Shown here piece after piece: positions 46,401 to 60,300 of a DNA stretch of 64,000 nucleotides (the stretch's first letter is position 1; each line of letters starts with the position of its first letter). The notes beneath the pieces are model-generated. The model made no database searches. It worked only from the letters and a program-made list of their open reading frames with translations, and was not told the origin of the DNA. Source of the stretch: Trichoplax adhaerens (lineage: Eukaryota; Animalia; Placozoa); the NCBI RefSeq assembly GCF_000150275.1, contig NW_002060949.1, positions 2,973,836 to 3,037,835 on the forward strand, in the 5' to 3' direction. Position numbers and translations under genes: made by a program.

Positions 46401-49400
46401 CAAGATTGTTGCTGCGGTTAAGGCAAAGCCTGGTCATTTAGTTTTGCCGACAACTTCGAACCTTGATAATACTCAAACTGAAGATGTTTCTGAGCGATTA
46501 CAAAAGTCAATTTTAAACGATTTTAAGGTGCGCTAAGAAAAAATTTTTCAAATAATGATGAAATGACTCAGGATATAACAATACCACGATAACATATTAA
46601 ATTTTGAACGCCGATTAGGATGCTATGATAGCTCACGAAGCCTTGGCATTTTTGGTCATGTGCCTATCACAACGCTTCGATTTTATCAGTAAGATGAAGT
46701 ATAAAGTATTGCCTCGAATTATTGTAAGTTAAATTAATGCATTTTTGATTTTAACACAGAAACTTTCCTTGGATTCGCCGACATCGATAACTTAGTTCTC
46801 TCAGCGCTTTTGGAATCCCCAAATAGTCAGGTCTGATAAATGAGATTTAAGAGAATATTAATGCAAATTGAATTAAATTATCTCGTGCATAGCTGAGTTT
46901 TTATAATAAACACATCCATAGATACGGTCCGTAACTGCTTACCATTTATATTCAATGAGCAACAACATTCCGCTTCACGGTAATGTTGATTTGGTTATTG
47001 CATTTAGAAATTAAAGCATATTGACAAAGCAAAGTTAACTATTTATTATACTTATATAGGAAAATCTACAGAAATTAATTTACTATATGATGCACTAGTT
47101 AATGCTATTATCAAAACTCGTGTGCCTTTTTGGTCAACAAATGCACAATTGAGAGGCTCTAACGCAAAGTATTACATTTTAATTTATTGATTTCCATCCC
47201 TAGTTGTTTATATCTGAATCTAATTAATTCCACTCTTACAATTTAAGCCTACCTGAACATTGCTCACAGTATTTCGCTTTACGCTGCAAGTTGTTATATA
47301 AGATGTCGTTATCAACACAGAAGCGTCTTAAAGTTGATCCTAAAGACATGTTGCTACAGGAGACTATTTGGCTTGGAAGTACTAGCCTTACTGATAGCAC
47401 AGGTTAATCTAGAATACTGTTTTATGTATAGTATAATGGTTTTATTATATTTCATAGTAAAATATAATTTGTAATATTATGATTATAATTAATTCTACCT
47501 TAGGAGAAGGACCAAAGCGGCTATTAACTGGTCATTTACAGCTAACCAAGACACTCTTGACTTGTGAAGGCTTAAATAAGCAGACTTTTGGTATATTTAT
47601 TACTCGTCTCATGGAAGCTTTTTGTTCGCTTTTGACAAGGAATTATTTTTAAATATAGGCGAGAAACTAATTCCCAATCTGATTGATAACTTCCTCTTTC
47701 CGGCATCAAACGCAATGCTACAGTACAAAAAGAATAACAATTCAGTAGTCGAGAGCATCAGTCCTATGTTAGCATACGCATAGATTTTTATTTTATGTCA
47801 AAGGTTTCAATTTTTACTGATTGTTCTATCATATTGTTGTAGATGCACAACTTCATGGACTTTGCTACATACCTATGATGTTCTTAATGTGCTAGCGACT
47901 GAATCTATCGAGAACTTAAGCAATATTGTATCACGACTAATTGAAATGCATCATACTGCCGATCCTGAATTATCGAAAGTCTGGAATGTTAGTCTACTTA
48001 ATGTCAATTTTACGCTTTTAAAATATTTAGGAAACATATAATTAATAATAACAGATTTAGCGCTTACAGTCAATATGGGATATTAATGCTACAAAGGCTT
48101 GAAATAATGATACTACTAACAATTGTCTTAAACTCAATTTAGTATCAACCTCCTATAGCGCCAATAGCGGACTGCGGACTTGTTGGATTAAAAAATGCTG
48201 GTGCAACATGTTATATGAATTCTGTGATACAGCAATTATATTTTCAACCTGGAATAGCTGAGGTAAATTCTTGCTGATGTCTAAATCATAACTGTACAAT
48301 ATGTTATATTTCTCATTGGATGATATTATATCAGACCGTTTTAAGCGTCGATGAAGAGACTTTCAAGGATAGCAGGTAAAATTTTAAAGTAAATTTCTTG
48401 CGATATGACTAATCCGCTCAGCTCCAACACAATCTAATGCAGCGTATTTAATTGTCAACAATGCTAGCGACGGAAATATCTTGTATGCTATGCAGCTACT
48501 TTTTGGGCATTTAATGGAAAGCAAACTCCAATATTATACACCAGATCATCTATGGAAGAATTTTAAGCTGTGGGGTAGACCTATTAATTTACATGAACAG
48601 CAGGTAAATTTTTATATTTATGATAACTAATTCGATTAGGGAGAAAATCCGATTGGTAAAGCAAAATGTGTTGACTGTTGTGTTAGGATGCATTTGAATT
48701 CTTTGTTAACTTGGTTGATCAAATGGATGAACAGCTTAAGCAAGCAAACTGCAATCAAATTTTTAAAGAGACCTTTTGTGGAAATTTGACCAATCAAGTC
48801 GTTTGTAAAGATTGCCCACATAAGTATATTGATAAGCTAATCATTTTAGCTGTAGCACAAGTCTTCAATATTTCCTATGTCTAAAGTGAAACTACTATTA
48901 TAGAGATCGATTTGAAGTTGGATGGCATAATTGCACGTATTGTTATATTTAGATATGAGCGCGTTGAACAATTTTGGACTTTAAACCTTGGAGTAAAGTG
49001 TCGTACTCTTCAGGAATCACTTGAGCAATATGTCAAAGGAGAATTACTAGAAGGCGATAACGCGTACATGTGTGAAAAATGTCAATCAAAGGTATTCAGT
49101 CTACCGTTATCAAATTTTACATGATTAGCTTTTAGCTGAGTAAAACCCTAATTATAACTATAGAGAAACGCAATAAAGCGACTATGTATCAAGACGTTAC
49201 CGCCAACGTTAGTAGTTCAACTGAAAAGATTCGATTATGATTGGGAAATCGGAAGACCAATCAAATTTGATGATTATTTTGAGGTATTTAATTTAGTTAT
49301 TGGCCTTTATTAAATACGTGTGCGTATATAGTACCGACAGTAAAATCTATCATTAATTATTCATGAAGTTTCCTTGGGTCTTAAATATGGAGCCGTATAC

Positions 49401-52400
49401 TCTTGACGGAATAATCTCTCGTGAAAAGAGTCCCCATGTACAGGAAGACGATGCGAACAGTGATACAAGTAGTACTGATAGCAATAGTTTGCCATCTCAA
49501 AGGCCGAAGAATTATGAATTGGCTGGTGTGGTCGTTCATAGTGGTCAGGCGAATGCAGGACATTATTATTCATTTGTTAAGGATCGCCGGTAGGACAAAG
49601 ACTTGCTTTATATCATTTCATTGTGATATATACTTCTGCATAAGTTATAGGCTGTAGAATATTGAAATAATTTCCAACTCTTCTCTAGAACTCAAATTTG
49701 GTATAAGATGAACGATATGACCGTTGAAGAATTTAATATGTCAGCGGCAACATTAGAATCTGAGTGTTTCGGTGGAAGTTATCAACCGAAGAGCAATGAC
49801 GCATGTAAGATGTCTATGAAAATTGTAGCGATTTTTCAATATGATAACAGGATATTGCCATATAATTTATAGATCCTTCCTATCAAGATATACGTCATGC
49901 TAACAAATATTGGAGTGGATATATGTTATTCTATGACGCGGTAACAGATTACGGCAATGACAAATTAATGCTATCTAGATCTTTGGATAGCCGGTCTGAG
50001 GGTGCTCGGTTCGTACACAGTGTTCATAGCTAAGTGATCATCTGAACATATTAGTTTAAAATTGCTAAGACATGTACTTTATATTTTAGGTCCGATTCTT
50101 CTGTTCCAGATTCTCCATCCTCTCTAAATCTTGCTAATGACGGATTTAGTCAATTAGCTGCACTAGTTAAGCGAGGGGAAAGGAAGGGGCTATTCATGAA
50201 CAAGATGCCTGCAAGCATTCAGAGAATCGTAATAACTGATAACCTGATACTAGATCACTTTAGTTAAATCTATTTTCTATAGAAATTAAAGTCATTACTG
50301 ATGTTAGTGAAAGTTTAGAAATATATATTTTTGGGTTCTTTGCAGGTACATGAGGAAAACTTACATTTCATGAGAAATCAATCAATATACAACTCGAACT
50401 ATTTTAAATTCATTCTTAATTTAACATCATGCAATTTTGTAAGCAATCATGAAAGCTAAATGTTATTTCTTCTTTCCACTTGTGCTTTAAATTTATTATA
50501 TTTTTTCTGTTATTGAAGAGCACAAATAACATGTCTTCTGGATTAGTTGTCTGGAGCCTTAAATTGGCAGTTAATTTTCTTGTGAATACTTACTTCAAAG
50601 TTAGAGAAGAACTTAGGTAAGATATGAAGTTATTTAGTGTTGAATTACCTATGTATTGTAAAAGCAGTTTATCAGTCTTTTCATTATAATTATTGTTAAA
50701 TTAAGTATTACGTTTGTTCAATATAAAAATGTATTATTTCGTGCAGAAATTGTCAGTTGGAATGGAATAACTGCATGGAGAAATTAATCACGGCTTGTGA
50801 TGAATCCTGTTTATGGTTTCTTTCTTATTTAAGTGATGGATATGGCGAAACTTGCCTGAAGTATGAGTTTTAATGTGATTAAGTTATTAGCTCTATTTTA
50901 AGATTCGAATATCTACAACTCATAGGTTATTACTGCTGGAGTGTCCATCGGATAGTGTTCGAGAAAGCTTTGCAGGAATGCTCCAGCAAGCAATAAATCG
51001 CTTTTATAGTTGTAAACGCTTAGAACAGGCGGTGAGCAACATGCATTCTGTACACTTCTAAGGGCAATATTATGCTATATTTCTTACATTAATTTATCAT
51101 AGGACGTATCAACTTATGAAAGAGTTATAACTAAGTTACTGCACGTGCTTGCAAGAGATGTCCCTGATTACTATCGAAGTTGTTCTCAATATTTTGGATT
51201 ACTAAGTGCTATAACCAAAATGGTAATTGAAATTTCGCTTTAAATCCGAAAAATGACCATTTACTATAAATTTGATCACTCATGCTTGTATAGGGTTCGA
51301 AGGCTGTATCTCATCTCTTAGACAGTGGTGCCTTGCAGAGGTTATTGGAATTTTTAATTGGACCGCCTTTTCAGAAATCTATCCGCATAGAGAATCTACC
51401 AATCTCGGAGATCCTGGTGAGTTTATATCATATCATGGGTATTGTAGCGATTTGCTATTCTTCGGCAAAACAATTTAATAATTCGACTATATCTCGCAAT
51501 TTTTAAGCGAATCTCATCAGGACGCCGGTGGTCTGCTTTACAATCTAGAGAATTTTCTTCAATACATATCACTATCTGTAACTTGATCATTAACTGTGAT
51601 GTTTCTACTCAACATACAATAGGTATTTAAGATTTTATGGTATATAAACCGAAAAAACTAAATATAAATAATGGTTTTATTTTCTTTTGATATCGCTGCT
51701 TGACTAAAACCACATTTGATATTACCACAGTACACTCTATAAAATTACCGGATATCAACAATTATCCGACGGAGTTACAGCCCATGTCTTCTGCAGTAAA
51801 TGACATCATTTTTGGTATTGAAGGAGTCAAATACTTTCACGAGGTACATATTAGTGAATATTTTTATCTCTCACTCTGTTTGGCTGACTTTATCAATCTA
51901 TTCCAGTCTCATTAACATTTACCTTATCGTATTTGCCATATCAAGGTTATAGCTGCTATGTATGTGAGCTAATAAGAAAATTTTACAATTATTAGGCTTT
52001 ACTAGCTTGCTGCGAAGTGGTAGGAATTACTGCATCAGTTACCAATATGCTGGTACACTGTTGTTGGTGTAACGAAACATTTTCGACCATCGTTTTGGCG
52101 AAGCTATTGGTAAAAAAATTGTTTTAATACTTTTAAAGAGAATGCCACATACCTTGAAACATTTAATAAGTGTAGAAAGAGAGAGTTGTATGATAGTTGT
52201 GGTTGCGGATCAAAGCATCATTTTAATATGCAGATGAATAAATGTTTTTACATACATGTGCAATAGGCTCACTTATCGATGGCTCCTTCAAATGAATTAA
52301 AAAATTTATTTACTATCTTAACTAGATTAACGGTAGGTTCTTTAATTCTTTCCCCTACTTTTATGGATATTGGAAATTGTTGAGATATAATTTCTAATTT

Positions 52401-53254
52401 AAATCTTTACCGCAGCTGCTTGATGATTCTCTGAAAGTTAAAAGATTTAAAACTATAGTTGACGGTCCAGAAAATAATGGTTTATTAGGTAAGACTACCT
52501 TTTATACATTGTGTCAATCATGCTTAAATACAATTTATTTATGTATGCCATAACATTATGAAACAGCGACTATTAAATCCAATTATCAAACCGACAGTAG
52601 AAGAGCGTATCAGTGCATCAAATTTTTAGTCAGTATGGCAAACAAGTGAGTGCTAAGAAATTTAGTTGTCATAGAACGATCTATTTTATGTATTATTATA
52701 AACTTCAGACTTATTCAACACTTTTAGAGATGAAATCCTACGAAAGCATTTGATTGAAAATACTAATCGGTGGCACTGGGCAGTTCAATGGCTGAAGAAA
52801 AAAGTTGTTATCTCTTTTGTAATTTTGCTTCGTTAATTTTTTACTAAAACACTTTTATATCAATAGATGTCCGAATCTTGGACTTCGCAGTCTGCTGTTT
52901 CCAATGAGTCTTCTACTAGCAAAGTTTTGCAAAGAACAATTAGTGCTCAAGTATGCTATGTACTAGATAGTTTTTAAAGAAACACTGCTATGGTACCCGC
53001 CCATCTTTTCAATTATAATTATTAATATTTTTAATCTGCTATCTCATATACAGGATACTCTTGCAGAAGCAACTGCACTTTTATCGCAGATTGAATCGAG
53101 TGGAATTGCTCATGGTGCAATTTCCGAACTGGATTCGCAAGATTCTTTACAAGAAGACAGTGAAGTGGATGAATTGTACAATGAGAACGGCGAGAAAGGT
53201 GGTAAAAACGAGGATTCTGCAGATGAGTCGTCTCGGCAAGGTTACCAGTTCTAA
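37466..53254 (+). CDS. USP24: Ubiquitin carboxyl-terminal hydrolase 24 (USP9/24/34 clade), many short exons
   Basis: [32 protein letters not shown]; [24 protein letters not shown]; Cys box [22 protein letters not shown] (~48176-48241); [15 protein letters not shown]; [10 protein letters not shown]; His box [17 protein letters not shown] (~49537-49588); C-terminal LQRTISAQ|[10 protein letters not shown], typical of USP24. Stop TAA at 53252-53254. Confidence 0.93.
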
Positions 53255-54343
53255 GAATAGAAATCGCATCGCATGGCATTGTTCATTGAGCTTTGTTGTC
53301 AAAACAATTACATTCTTTTAAATAATCTAAATGGAAATTTTAATAACGATCAGCTGTTGTCTCACTTTTTTTAAATAGTAAAGTTTGCTTAACATTTATA
53401 TGTGTTTTTATTCTCTCATTCGATGCTGAGAATAAAATGTTAACACTACTGCATGTGTCGTGCTATCGATGTTTATGCGACGTTACGTAATGAAAATTGT
53501 ACGATTCTGTTGAGAATTGGCCAACAATGTTAAGTGTTTTGAAAATGTATTATTTTTGCTTGTATAGTAAACAGTGTCTACTTTGAAAACTTTCTGTTTT
53601 AGTGTAAGATACGAATGCCAATGAAATATCACTGCCGTAGTCAATTGGAGCAGCAATGATTATTATTTTTGATACTTTGCTTTCTGTTCTTTTATACCGT
53701 ATGAAATAAATGTTGCTATCGCATCTCTTGTACTGTACTAAATTTCTTTGTGATCATAGGTACACTCTTATGTTATTGTAGCATCTCAACAATCTAATAA
53801 TAATATACGGGTAATTCTAATTTCGCCACCAACAAGATCAGGTATTTCTTTCAATCGCTTCTACCAATGTCATTTCAATCTAAGTTCAGTACAATAAGTA
53901 TTTATCAAATGTTCTACGAAATGGATAGCAATCTTGATAAAGCAAAATTCGAAGGAAATTATCTAGAAGATGCGGAATCCAATTTTTTTAAACAAAGAGA
54001 AATACAACATACACCTTTTTATTATTATTTTCAACGTATCGGTACTACTGGTGTTATCATTCATAAACTATAATATAAAAAGTATCAATTGGGTATATAA
54101 TCTTCATCATTATTAGCTATTGGCTTTGGTGAAGAAAATCAATCATGTTCATTAAAAATAAAGATTTAGTAGTAACAGGAAATAATTAGCATATTATACA
54201 AGCAAATCAAAAATTATACAGTGATTGCATAAGTTTGTCTATATCATATCGTTGGATAGAATAGTATTATGATTTACACTATATAGAAATCTCTAATATC
54301 AAGTAGAAGAGAGTAGAGAAGTCTTGCCGTGACTTTTATTTTC

Positions 54344-57300
54344 TTACTGGTTTTGGGTAGGCGCTGAACCGGTTGACGAGATAATTGATTTCAAATCCTA
54401 TACAGAAATCATGTAGCCATGATTAATATTGTTGATGATAATATTCATTAGACGATAGATCTTCGTACTATTTAATATATGCACTAAAGTATCCTATGCA
54501 TATTCGTAGTGTGAACGTAAGATTATAAGCTGTTAGCTACCGCTTTCTTGTATGTTTTGCATGCTTTAATAGCGTTATGAAGAATAGGATGAGAGAAAAT
54601 GGTATCAAATGGCAATGGAGAAGCGGTAGATGAGCCAAGCTCTTGATATAAATCCGATACATAGCTCTAAATGGGGAGTTTTAATACAATTGCAATAGAA
54701 AATGAGATTAAATAGATTAAGCTTGATATTCATGAAGTGATAAAAGCATAAGTAATCCATAAATGAACGATCGTAGCACTCACTGTTGTTAGAGTACAAT
54801 TATCTGTTGTCGACAGTTCAAATCGGTTTGATTTCTTCTTAAAATAAGTTCCATGATTGAGGACCTAAAATTGCAATAGAAAACATAGATGCATAAACAA
54901 ACAAAATGCACAGTGTTCATAGTTTAGACAAATAATTTAAGTAGCTGATATATGTCAGCTAAATTAAATGTCTCCTATAACTTGGAGAATCTGATTTGTT
55001 TCAAAATTATTTTCGAACCTGATTGATTCAATAATATTTCGAACCTAATTATTAATAATTGTACCTTCACTAAAGCTTCAACAGGAATCATAGCATTATT
55101 ATGTGTCGCGCTTTCAGATTCCTCTTCTTCTTCTTTTTCTTCTATAACTGTATGTAGGCTTGATTCAGTTGATTTTTCTTCATTCTCGGTTTTTAATCCA
55201 TCGTCAGTGAGCTCTCTTATACTAATATATGGCATTGGCTGACTCGAAGTAACGCTAAGAGCTCGCATTAATCCAATATCGTGTCGTCTTGCTTGGCAGA
55301 AATAAAGCAACTATAAATTGATATAGAGATGAAATAGAGTCAAAAACTGAGTTGTCCATACTGTAATATATAAAGTTTTCATGTTAGTTAAATAACATAT
55401 CAATATCATAAAATTTTATGATGTTAATCAATACCATATCTACGTAATCAAGAAGAAGCGTTGAAGTATTATTATGGCCAAAGATATCAAAGAACGCCTG
55501 CAAGAAGAAAAACTTGAATTATTACTCGGCATATAATATTAAGCCCGATCATTTAAGTTATACGATACTATTTCATATCATCCACAGATAATGTTCCCAA
55601 ATTGTAAAAACAATCGGGCTATTTTTTACCTTGCAAAACTATTTATTTGGGAACATAAGCAATGTAGTATCAAATTATAGAACAAGCACATCATTCCACC
55701 CAAAATTAAAAGCTACGATGACTGGGAACGGAGCTAATTCTATCTTGCGATTCAGTAATTGACTAAGTTTATAGGCAATCCAGCAATGTAATTAGTACTG
55801 CTATATTACAGTATATCATTAGGATCGGTTATAAAGCAGTAGGAACTGAACGAGTTCATTATCATCTTAAAATATTTACTTGGAATACACGATAACAATT
55901 GGATTGCGGTGTACATTTTAGGTACGAATACTGATGGGAATTGATTACCAAGGCTAATCTAATTTTTCATCTCATGTAGCGAGAGTCGAATAAATTTAAT
56001 CATGTTATAAATTAATGACCTCTTTCAGCTTTCCAAGTCGATCATATTGTCGAGGAAGAGATGGACTTTGATTGCTAGGCGGTGAACCTTTAAACCATAA
56101 TTCTATCTATAATATCCAAAATGAAGAATTTCTCGCTTCTTAATGACACGATTTGATATTATTATTCTCAAACAACATAGAATAATTATGAATTTTTAAA
56201 TACCTTTTCATATTGTGCTTTTGTCACGAAGCCAGTGTGATCGGTATCCACTTGACGAAATTTCTTCAAGGTATCCAATAATTGATCTCGACTTGGCCAA
56301 GGAACAGGATTCATAATAGCTACTAAAAAGATTCGCCAATTGATGTACTCCTTATCCAGCGATACCAAGTTAGCCATGTCATTCAACTACGAAAGAAGAA
56401 ATGATAAAATTATATATCAAGATTGGATGACAAACAGCTACGTTAAAAAGTTGTAAAAATTCATAATGATGAAAATTGAAGCTAGTGATTATAAATAAAT
56501 ATTTTAAAAATGAATTATAGTTGGGTTGGAAATACACAGCTATATAATTACTTGTGTCTGATTTAAGAGCATCCATTTATCCGGTAAAGTTTCCTGACCG
56601 TGCTATTATTAATAATTATGAATGGTTAAGATTGTATGATATTTTAATGATAATTAATTACCAATTATGAATTAATGTCATTCTAACCGAAAGCGAAATA
56701 GTTCCGTGAAGGAGATCAATAAATGCTTGCTTAGATATGTAACCGTTGGATGCAATAGCAGATAGCTAAAAATAGGATGATTGATCATTTCGATATTAAA
56801 ACGCTTCAAACGGATTGAGATTCCAATATCTAAAATTTTATATAATGTACCTGATGGGCCAAGTTTAATATTTGCACAACAGTAAAATTCTCTGGCATGC
56901 TTGATTCAATTGGACTAGGGGGTGGAGGTGGCTCCGGTATGTTATACATCATGACATTCTACAACGTATTAATTATCGTCAATATCGTATAAAATTCATC
57001 AAATTTCTTTATCGATTTTAATGGCTAATTCGGAGACATCATTTCTACCTCATCGATGAAGAAGTTATCATTGACCAGTTTAAGTTCATTTTGTATCTTT
57101 TCCTCACTCTCGATAGCAGCTCTCATCATTGTCGTTAATTCTTTAATACTATAAGCCAGTTAATATGAACGGTTAGAAATCATTGAACTTCAAGAATTCT
57201 ATAGCCAGAATATAATTATTATAAATGGATAGGATAGCATTATACTGTACGTGTATACAACATTTGGTATTTCATGTCTGTTTACATGCTAAAATCAAGG

Positions 57301-60300
57301 CTACTACACATTCTAACTGAATAGCGAGATTGGATATTGTAAGCTTCTACCAACGAAATAAAGTCTATTTTCTTTAGCTAATTAATCTCTTTAGTTAAGC
57401 TCAAACGATTATTACCAGAAAATAAAGTAGTTTACTATAGAAACAGCTATTTTAATTGAGCGTAGTATATAGCTATATATTCCTATATATTATTTTATAT
57501 CTGGTTATTTTTCTCAGTTTCCACATTCAAACTGTCTTCACTTTTAACTTACGATCAGCACTTCAATTTTGTCAACTATAACTATAAAGTAATACCTTTC
57601 CATTTCTTTGCGAAATCGTTGACCCAACCAATCATCCATATCTTTATACATGACTTCAGCCTTATGCTAGCGGAATAAGTTTTATAAATTAAAGCGGATA
57701 TGGAAATAACATTAATCAGATCTAAACTAGGTCAATAACTACTAAGCGTACCACAATAATTAAATTTATTACATATCAACCAAGCGTGATGATATCCTTA
57801 AAGTGAACTATACCTTTATTACTTGGATATCGCAAATAGCTCTACTGCGGATTAATTCTAATCGACTTCTCAATCTAATCTCTATAAGTAGAAAATGTTT
57901 TAATTTTTAGAAGTATTCATAATCCTTTTTCTTCCACCATATCTTAGCTACTGAAGATGATGTATGAGCCATAACTTATGACTTACCTTCAGCTTTTGTA
58001 GCCGCTGTGAATTCTTCACGGATCTTCTCACGTATAGCGATTTGTTCCTTTTCCTCAGCTGTTTGCTCAGGAGGTTCTAGTCCAAAGTCATGAGTACCAT
58101 GAGTATGATAGCAATAATATTTATGTAAAATTAAATAAAAATACTTTCATCTATTCAATCTTTATCAGTCAGAAGCGTATATTTCTGAATTAAGGAAGAT
58201 TGTGATTTCGATTAACTTGAACTACGACGATGATCGAATAAGAATTGACATCCTACTCGCTATAACTGTATGAAATAATGAAGAACTAATGCATCTCACT
58301 ATCAATAATCGACGCTTCTATTTAGTTTATTGTAAATGTTTATCCTCACGACTTAGAACGTTAAGATGCGATTTTTCTTTAGGAATGAATACATCATTAT
58401 GATTATAATCCCTAGTATTTCTAAGGATACTACAGCAATCGCAATTCACTACTCCTGCAGATCAATTCATACAGGTGAGCTAGTCTTCACCGACTAAACA
58501 TTTCATTAGAACTGATAATCACTTCTCTTACCTTCAACGGGTTCTTCGACTACAATTTGTTGTTTTTTATGTCTGCCTTTCACTACCTTTTCTTTCTTAT
58601 GCTTTTTTTTAGTTTTAGCCGCTTTCTCTAAATCACGCTGCCTCTCGTGTTCACGCTCACGTTCTTTCTCAGCTTCAGCGGCAGTAGCAGTTAACTCAGC
58701 GCTGATCTAATATAAATAGATTAAAATTATATATTAGGTCTATGAAACACGTAATATCTATGCTATTCAAGCCAATTAGTGATTGCGGATTCCCTACAAA
58801 TTAGTTTTGTGGTTTATACCAAGCAACACATTACAAAATTATAAGTACTCTCTATTTAATATAAGGCATACTTACCATCATTAGAACATATTCTTGGACA
58901 ATATTATACGCATCATTGATAACCTAATAATCCAAGATATACCGATTTAACAATATCATCTAGTATCGAGACAATTATCATATCATTTAATCATCTACCT
59001 TCTCATCAGGATCCATATGTAACGAAGGCGAATCCACTTTTTCTTCTTGCTTCTCTTTTTTACTCTTTTTCTCTCTTTTTTCTTTACTACCAGATTGACC
59101 ATCTTTACTTTGCTCAGCAGATTTTGGTCGTCTGGGAATTAATGGTATTCTATATAATCATATCACGAAATATAATGATTAATAACGAGTAGAATTAAAA
59201 ATACCTCACTCTTGTTGTAGTTTTTTTTATATAGATATCACGTATTAGTTTGTATGCAAATAATATAAAAATAACTATCAGGCAGATATTTTAACGCTAA
59301 TTATAAATATGTTGCCACTGTCGAATGCTAAATATTACGGAAATTGGTTAAACTATGATAGCAGAATCTTTATATACAACGGATGATTTATTACTGCTTC
59401 TAGTTATGCATCAAAATATTATAAATAGGCTAAATCAAATAGTGGTAGGAAATCGAGGTAAGAAATATGGTAGTACGAAATGTGGATATCATACTTTGTC
59501 TTGCCATCTTCAGTATCTTCATGATTCATTGCTGAAGTTAAGGCAGAAATTCCACGCTCAGCAGCATCTTTCTCTTTTTCCTTATCCTTATCCCTCTCCC
59601 GATCACGATCTTTACCGCGATCTTTGCCTCTACTTTCCTTAACTACACTCTCTTTTGCGCTAGTACTTTTACCAGTAGATGACTGAACTGAAACCGAGTT
59701 CGTTTCGATGGTTCCTTTTAGTACCACTACTGAGCTAGATTCAACTGTTGCTAGCTGTAATTGATAAAAATAAGATTATATAAGAGGATAAGAGAGACAG
59801 CGGGTAGATGAAAGCTATTTGATAACGGATATTTCAGCAGAAATGCTTACTTCAAGAAGAGGTAAACGACCGTTAGGTACAGCAAATTCGATTAATATTT
59901 TACCAGCGGCAGACATGTAATAATCTTTCAATAGAAAACATGTATCTTGTACTCGGTCTAGTTCAGCCTAAAAATCATTTCATAATTAATCATCATTAAA
60001 TTATAAGCTAGTTACTACTTGGTAGGGAATTCATTAAGTATTATTGCTATCTTGATAGCGATATAAACTCTACCTGCATTAAAGTAATATAATAATTGGT
60101 TGTTAAGCCAACTCTGTCTTCTAACCATCCATCTTTCATAATATTATCTCGCTCTCTTTCGGCATCTTCCTTACGTTTATCACACATATTCCATAGTTTC
60201 TCTGCAAGATCCTAAATAGCGTATGGAATGAAGTCTTTTAGGGTTAGATACTGGCTTAATAAATCAATTCCAATAGCGCGTAGAAAATTTCTTAGATATA

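Noticed and set aside
32502-46571. Scattered TGA(C/G)TCA AP-1 heptamers (e.g. 32502, 36011, 37177, 46564)
   Set aside because: Several are expected by chance in 64 kb at this base composition; only the one in the JUN 5' intron was kept, because of its position.
58560-59660. KE/RD-rich low-complexity repeats
   Set aside because: They are coding exons of SPEF2's charged linker, not a separate element.
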